A stretch of DNA of 27,273 nt from an uncultured Deferribacteres bacterium (GTDB taxonomy: Bacteria > Zhuqueibacterota > Zhuqueibacteria > Zhuqueibacterales > Geothermadaptataceae), in the NCBI GenBank assembly GCA_964014485.1, contig CAXHAT010000101.1, positions 1 through 27,273 of the forward strand. Direction: 5' to 3'. The first letter of the stretch is position 1. Every line of letters begins with the position of its first letter. Below, piece by piece: positions 23,601 to 27,273 of this stretch. Made by a program: the position numbers and the translations under genes. The notes under the pieces were generated by a model. It searched no databases. It was not told the DNA's origin and worked only from the letters and a program-made list of their open reading frames with translations.

Positions 23601-24377
23601 TTTGAGCAATATCATGCCCGCTCCCTCGCTGCGCACGTAACCTTGTGCGTTTTCCGCGCCGAAGCGGCAGCGGCCATAGGGCGAGAGAATTTTTGATCTG
23701 GAGTAACCGATTGAGATGAAGGGATGCAAGATGAGATTGACGCCTCCGGCCAGCGCCAAATCACTTTCGCCGTCGCGGATGCTCTTGCAGGCAAGATGTA
23801 CGGCAACCAGCGATGAAGAACACGCCGTGTCAACGGTCATGCTCGGCCCCTGCAAATTGAACGTGAATGAGAGCCGTCCTGATGCGGAATGCCGCCCGCC
23901 GCCGTTGGTGAAATAAAGATCAAATTTGTCCGTCGCACGGATCATGCGGTCTTCGTAATCATTCGTCCACATGCCGACGAAAACGCCCGCCCGACGGCTG
24001 GCAAGATTTTGCGGCGCAACGCCCGCGTCTTCAAAAGCTTCCCAAGCGGTTTCCAGCAAGAGCCGTTGCTGGGGATCGAGCACTTCGGCTTCTCGTGGAG
24101 AAATGCCAAAAAAAGCAGGGTCGAATTGGTCGATATTTTTTAAAAAACCGCCCTGCCGAGTGACGATTTTACCGGGCTTTTGCGGTTCGGGATCGTAGAG
24201 CGCACGCAACTCCCGGCGTTCCTCAGGAACGTCAGCGACCATATCCTTGCCTTCACAAAGCACCCGCCAAAACTCCGAGGGCGAGTCCGCGCCGGGAAAA
24301 CGGCAGCCCATTCCGATGACGGCAATAGGCTCATTTTGAAACGTATCAGGCGGATTCAGTTTCTTTTCTCTCGTCAC
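17610..24377 (-). CDS. Type I modular PKS 'PKS1': KS-AT(malonyl-type)-DH-ER-KR-ACP
   Basis: GTG start with upstream AGGA. KS DTACSSS / EAHGTGT / NIGHTEA; AT QTAYTQPALF, GHSVG, NAFHS; DH HRFLDMAVFP and HPALLDAGIQ; ER GLNFRDV and LIHAGAGGVG; KR TGGLGGLG, HAAGMLRD, YAAAN; ACP GLDSLMAVEL. Confidence 0.96.
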   Translation of the reverse strand: MTREKKLNPPDTFQNEPIAVIGMGCRFPGADSPSEFWRVLCEGKDMVADVPEERRELRALYDPEPQKPGKIVTRQGGFLKNIDQFDPAFFGISPREAEVLDPQQRLLLETAWEAFEDAGVAPQNLASRRAGVFVGMWTNDYEDRMIRATDKFDLYFTNGGGRHSASGRLSFTFNLQGPSMTVDTACSSSLVAVHLACKSIRDGESDLALAGGVNLILHPFISIGYSRSKILSPYGRCRFGAENAQGYVRSEGAGMILLKKLHQALADGDEIYAVIRGSAVNNDGASSGLLVAPGVETQIAMLRRAYAEAGVEPAKVGYIEAHGTGTAAGDPVELGALGAVLGENRSQDQPCRIGSVKTNIGHTEAASGIAGLIKAVLCLQHRQIPPSLHFDRPNPKIDWRGLGFQMQQKLESWPKTDESLFAGVNSFGITGTNAHIVLEESPPPQNVIQEESILPADRSDKTASEAELKKQVFNSSSKESSGRAEHTLKLSAASEQALKAQAARYAEFIEKQTPELFPDICFSANSGRADFEFRLSAHAPDSQEMSAQLRRFINGERTPNLQTGQIEESVNPKIAFLFTGQGAQYAGMGKQLYETQPVFREALDRCAEFLEGELESPLLNVIFALDTHEEVIPVPNKSGGIQKEQRPLDSRLRGNDKLENDENRTTENAINQTAYTQPALFALEFALAELWQSWGVEPDMVLGHSVGEYVAACRAGVFSLEDGLKLIAARARLMQNLDEKGGMAVVFANREKVAEAVAPFADKVSIAALNGPENTVISGASEALQTIVEKFEEEKIKVKKLTVSNAFHSPLMEGMLDEFERIANEISFSSPKVPLVSNLTGRVFAPDEIPDAKYWRKHIRAAVNFSDGVKTLADEGCTIFLEMGPAPSLVSMAMKCVEPGGKQWLASLRKGKNDWGQLLNSLGALYVNGAAIDWRGFDKLYSRKRIKLPTYPFQRERYWIDESNPVAAHAGSKTRVQKDGHPLLGSRLRSALKSVQFESRISAKSPGFLNDHRFLDMAVFPAAGYLEMMQAAGRRVFGDEAFVCSDFLIREALPLSEDSPQALQTIITPENDGSYSVEIFGAPDSDDEAAEWALFLTAKLASSTGEIEESQNERDAFSETRTRCDQEISGGDFYARRLKVGAFIGENFQAIEKIFLGKNEAVALLPLAESAVNQAEDFTMHPALLDAGIQVFLACVPEIDAEIYLPIGCERFECNGAHSSKLTCHAQLHENADDDREMFKGDLIFHDENERQVAKIEKLRLKRADRTALLRMTQRNNIDNWLYEVVWRERALDRKNVQNQQPGAWVIFSENAEISESLSQRIATHGGECVIGLFSDSNGELPENATHVDFEKPDNFFELLQNAASQFSENFQGAIFFRGDESKEGTREELRARQKLLNQSLLHLVHSMDRLMSESAAAPKLCVVTHGAQAVSLQESLAGLSQASLWGLARVIMQEHPELKCKIFDLDASENPEQVAELVDDIFAGSEESQIAFRSGERFVARMIKKGAKDFLVPPDNQPFQLQKSPDQTFDKLSLQPISLQRPRRGEVEIQVHATGLNFRDVLNALGMYPGEAGPLGLECAGKISAVGEDVEQFQVGDEVVAMAFGSFSSNVITRAELVVKKPGAISFAQAATIPVTFLTAHYGLNRLAKMQPGERVLIHAGAGGVGLSAIQLAKQAGAEIFATAGSEKKRDLLKSLGVRHVFNSRTLDFADEIMAVTDGAGVDIVLNSLAGEFIDKSVSVLAPNGRFIEIGKTDIWSEKHMAAEKPGVSYFVIALDHMAKDAPELVGDLFAELMGMFSEGALLPLPLQEYAIQAAPEAFRFMSQAKHIGKIVLTQKHRPEKDEFTTDGTWLITGGLGGLGLRTAKRLVERGVRHLALTSRGEPSEAARGQIDELEKRGAKISVLRGDISKLEDAAGIFDEIAENMPPLRGIVHAAGMLRDGLLRGQSWQNFDDVFAPKILGAWNIHKLSQNLDLDAFVLFSSVTALLGTKGQGNYAAANAFMDGLAHHRRALGLPALSVNWGPWSEIGMAAAMENRDQQRWGELGISMISPESGLDLFEKCLTEDAAQIAVLPANWKSFFSNNATPNSWPFFHELRPKTDPTSAPKNNQASRNFGEELLQTPPEKRRNFLKDAVRQQVIHILGLAVSAQPPAGKPLKEQGLDSLMAVELGNALASDLGESLPGSLVFDYPTIDAITNFLAEETFAEALSNGKDEPEQTAKSADEDAKIAELEQLSDEDAEALLAEKLQAFEGNY
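22410..22487. repeat. REP-like palindromic element, family A variant, in frame inside the PKS1 AT domain
   Basis: One arm is the exact GTCATTCCCGCGCAGGCGGGAATC (22410-22433). The other is GATTCC-TCCCGACTTATTCGGGA-CGGGAATGAC (22455-22487) with a different inner hairpin. Translates as VIPVPNKSGGIQKEQRPLDSRLRGND. Confidence 0.9.
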
Positions 24378-24473
24378 GATGCGTGGTTCCTGTTGTCAAG
24401 TCTTGGGACTGAGAAAGAGGACTCCGGCGCCCAAATTAGGCGGGGAGACGAAGGTGAAATGTATAACCGCGCA

Positions 24474-25253
24474 TTAAGCGGCTTTTTTTCTTTGTTCGGC
24501 GCTTAACTTTTGTCGAATCACGGCACTTAAGTCGGGGAGGCGGCCTTCGGTCAAATAGAAATGTCCGCCTTCAAACATGAATAATTCAAATTCCGCCAGC
24601 GTTCTTTCACGCCATGCGTCAAGTTCAGTTTCCGCCACGACTTTATCTTGCCTGCCGCCAAAAGCGCAAATTGACGCTGCGAGAGGCGGTTGATTTTGGA
24701 AACGAAAATCTTCGAACATTTTGAACCCGGATCTCAGCCCTGGGAGCATTAAGTCCAGCAAGTCTTTCTCTTGCAAAACGGCTTCGGGTATGCCGCCGTA
24801 ACGCGATTGAATCGCCTGTACAAACGCGTCATCCGCCAGATGACCGATGTCAGGCAGACGCTTGGGCGTGTGCGGGGCGCGAAAGCTCGAAACGAACAAA
24901 GTTTTCGGCTGGGGCAATCCGCGCTCTGCCAAAACGCACGTCAGCTCGTGGCTCAATAAAGCGCCGAGACTGTGACCGAAAAACGCAAATGGCTTGTCCA
25001 ATTTTTCGGTGACGGATTGAAGCAAATTTTCAATGAGTGCGGAAGCGTCCTCGAACGGTTGTTCGCGAAAACGTGAATGCTGCCCCGGCAGTTCGATGGC
25101 GTTAATCTCGACGCTTTCATCGAATTCCGAATTCCAGGGGAAATACATTGCTGCGCCGCCCCCGGCATTAGGAAAACAGAATAGTCTGGTTTCGGCGTCC
25201 GGACGCGGCTTCGGGCATTTTATCCAGGCTGGTTGACTCTTTGGTGCGATCAT
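24474..25253 (-). CDS. Type II (discrete, editing) thioesterase, GrsT/RifR-like alpha/beta hydrolase
   Basis: 259 aa; RLFCFPNAGGGA, FFGHSLGA (GxSxG), GGRQD, FEGGHFY; adjacent to PKS1. Confidence 0.93.
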   Translation of the reverse strand: MIAPKSQPAWIKCPKPRPDAETRLFCFPNAGGGAAMYFPWNSEFDESVEINAIELPGQHSRFREQPFEDASALIENLLQSVTEKLDKPFAFFGHSLGALLSHELTCVLAERGLPQPKTLFVSSFRAPHTPKRLPDIGHLADDAFVQAIQSRYGGIPEAVLQEKDLLDLMLPGLRSGFKMFEDFRFQNQPPLAASICAFGGRQDKVVAETELDAWRERTLAEFELFMFEGGHFYLTEGRLPDLSAVIRQKLSAEQRKKAA

Positions 25254-25520
25254 AAATTTTACTAAAAATAGGCTGGGTTCGCCTTGTATCTCGGCGATTT
25301 TCGAAAATTATACCCGGTTAGTATAACCCAAAAAAAGAAAACGCGGATTTGGGAATGTCAAAGATAGGCAAATTCGAAAATATGCGCGGGAATATTATTT
25401 TTCGTGACGACCCCGGTTGGTTTTTGGAAGGAAAGTTTTGGCTGAGAATGCTGTTAAAAGACAAAATGCTGTCCTTCAAAAGGACGAATGTATATCCAAG
25501 AGCGAGCGCTGGTTGGGCGT

Positions 25521-27089
25521 TTACCGCGAGGTCGGCATGAACTTTTCACTTCTTACAAGCCGTCTCAACAGTGGTGCGGCGCGGTAACGTTCTTCGCGAT
25601 ATTCTTGATAAAGGTGATCGAGAATGTCCAGAATTCGATTGAACCCGATTTCTCCAGCCCACTGCCAAGGTCCCTTCGGATAATTTACGCCTAACATCAT
25701 CGCTTTGTCGATCATTTCTGCATCAGCGATCCGTTCGCCGATCGCAAACGCCGCTTCGTTCGCCAACATGGCGATTGTGCGCGGTAAAATCAGGCCCGGC
25801 CCGTCATCAATCCAGACGGATTTTTTCCCAACGCCGGTCATGAAATTCTCGACGACCTTTCGATGTTCCGGGCGCAAAGCCGGTGATGGAGTTAGCGTCG
25901 CGGCAGAACCTTTCGCCAGGAACAAGCCGTCAAATCCGACGAGTCTTTCCGGGCGACGCACCCAGGTTGCAAGTTCATGCAAAGTGATGTCGCTGGTTTG
26001 GCAAAGCAACACCGTTTCCGGCGAAAGATATTTTGCCAACCGCCGCAAGAGCGCTTGCAGTTCCTTGCTCCGACCGCCTCTCACAATCGCGATATCCACT
26101 AATTCATTTGCATTGTCCGCCAAGCGCACGTTTTTTTCAAGACACATTTGGCGAACGCCGGGCGCCCAGGAACCGTCTGAGACATAAACCAGACCGTCAA
26201 ACGACGGACTCTCGTTTTTATCGAGTTCTTGCTCTTCTGAAAAATCATCTTTATAGTCATAAAACCCCCGCCCTGTTTTCCGCCCCAGCGCCCCTTCCTG
26301 AATTTTTTGCAATTGCACCAGACTGGGCTTGTAGCGCGGATCGCCGAAAGTCTGCTCGAACATCGATTTCATCACCGTGAAATTGACGTCGATTCCGATC
26401 AAGTCCATCAATTGAAACGGCCCCATGCGAAAGCCGCCGCCGAGGCGCATCACATCATCCACTTGCTCGTGCGTCGCGATGTTTTCGCTGACGACGCGCA
26501 GCGCTTCGCCGTAGAACGGTCGCGCAACGCGATTCACAATGAAGCCCGACGTGTCTTTGGTCACGACAGGCGTTTTGCCCATTTTCTTACTCAGCGCAAT
26601 ACAAAACTCCATCGTTTCCGCGCTTGTCCGCGCGCCTTTGATCACCTCGATGAGCGGCAGAACCGGCGCGGGATTGAAAAAGTGCATCCCAGCCAAACGC
26701 TCTGGCTGCGAAATCGCTGACGCAATTTCTGTCACGGAGAGTGTGCTGGTGTTGGTGGCAAAAATTGCATTCTTGCCGCAAACTTCATCTAATTCTTTGA
26801 AAATCCGTTGTTTGAGATCGAGTTTTTCCGGCGCCGCTTCAATGAGGGCGTCGCAATTGTGTAAATCACTCAGTGACGTCGTCGTTTTTAAATTCGAAAT
26901 TTTTGCGCCGTCGCCTTTTCGTTCGAGGTATTTTTGCAAATATGCTCTTGCTTTTTCCAGCATTTCAGGAGAAATGTCAAACAGAGCAACTTGTAAGTCA
27001 GCGCGAAGCCCGAGCAAAGCGATGCCGGAGCCCATTGTTCCGGCGCCGAGCACGCCTATCCTTTGCATCTCGTCGATAGGTTTTGTCAT
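25521..27089 (-). CDS. paaH: 3-hydroxyacyl-CoA dehydrogenase, long PaaH-like form
   Basis: 522 aa; GVLGAGTMGSGIA Rossmann motif, IEAAPEKLDLK, ATNTSTLS, GMHFFNP, GFIVNR, GFRMGPF, plus a second degenerate C-terminal repeat (DGPGLI...LANEA...IDKAMMLGVNYPKGP). The enzyme family is secure; the paaH orthology is less so. Confidence 0.85.
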   Translation of the reverse strand: MTKPIDEMQRIGVLGAGTMGSGIALLGLRADLQVALFDISPEMLEKARAYLQKYLERKGDGAKISNLKTTTSLSDLHNCDALIEAAPEKLDLKQRIFKELDEVCGKNAIFATNTSTLSVTEIASAISQPERLAGMHFFNPAPVLPLIEVIKGARTSAETMEFCIALSKKMGKTPVVTKDTSGFIVNRVARPFYGEALRVVSENIATHEQVDDVMRLGGGFRMGPFQLMDLIGIDVNFTVMKSMFEQTFGDPRYKPSLVQLQKIQEGALGRKTGRGFYDYKDDFSEEQELDKNESPSFDGLVYVSDGSWAPGVRQMCLEKNVRLADNANELVDIAIVRGGRSKELQALLRRLAKYLSPETVLLCQTSDITLHELATWVRRPERLVGFDGLFLAKGSAATLTPSPALRPEHRKVVENFMTGVGKKSVWIDDGPGLILPRTIAMLANEAAFAIGERIADAEMIDKAMMLGVNYPKGPWQWAGEIGFNRILDILDHLYQEYREERYRAAPLLRRLVRSEKFMPTSR

Positions 27090-27125
27090 TCTTAGTCCAA
27101 AATGAAATTTGAAGAGAAATAGCCG

Positions 27126-27229
27126 CTACTGTAACATCCCTGCGACCCAAAAACCAAGGTAAGTCCCCACAGCATAGCCAAGCGATCCAACGAGGATTCC
27201 AGGCAAAAGTAGATCGGCGCGTCCAAGAC
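27126..27229 (-). CDS. C-terminal fragment of a membrane protein resembling the DUF819 family (5' part missing)
   Basis: Read manually in a frame not given in the ORF track: ...LGRADLLLPGILVGSLGYAVGTYLGFWVAGMLQ*, TAG at 27128-27126. Hydrophobic, Gly-rich; family recognised from memory of the 'LPGILVG.LGYA.GTYLG' C-terminus. Confidence 0.6.
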
Positions 27230-27273
27230 CTGTCTCTTATACACATCTCCGAGCCCACGAGACTCCATTGCAT
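27230..27273 (+). other. Sequencing artefact: Illumina Nextera adapter read-through
   Basis: CTGTCTCTTATACACATCT (Tn5 mosaic end, 27230-27248) + CCGAGCCCACGAGAC (27249-27263) + probable 8-nt index TCCATTGC + AT. Confidence 0.98.

Noticed and set aside
27230..27248. Tn5/IS50 transposon end
   Set aside because: It is the synthetic mosaic end followed by the Illumina primer and index sequence; no transposase present.
26998..27273. 91-aa minus-strand ORF MQWSLVGSEMCIRDRS...
   Set aside because: Its N-terminus is the translated Nextera adapter; the genuine coding frame here is the DUF819-like fragment ending at 27126.

Overview
Bacterial contig, probably from a Nextera-based (meta)genome assembly because an untrimmed Illumina/Nextera adapter occupies the last 44 nt. 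It carries a minus-strand cis-AT type I modular PKS cluster. In transcription order: 3' end of a DUF819-like membrane protein gene, a PaaH-like 3-hydroxyacyl-CoA dehydrogenase, a type II thioesterase, PKS1 (KS-AT-DH-ER-KR-ACP), PKS2 (KS-AT-DH-ER-KR-ACP), PKS3 (KS-AT-DH-cMT-KR-ACP) and PKS4 (KS plus start of AT; runs off the left edge and is missing from the ORF track). The unusual part is the architecture. (i) Every gap between PKS genes holds an accessory element: a 188-bp symmetric REP-like palindrome, an antisense RelE/ParE-like toxin-antitoxin pair, and a co-directional vapBC-like pair. (ii) The leaders of PKS3 and PKS4 are diverged copies of one promoter-plus-start module, and the vapBC pair sits inside one copy. 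(iii) Palindromic REP-like DNA elements of two families are inserted in frame inside the PKS genes (AT, DH, KR, KS-AT linker), adding about 35-52 residues each without breaking the reading frame. The left edge appears to break inside another such insert. Functional interpretations are inference from motifs only; no searches were run.
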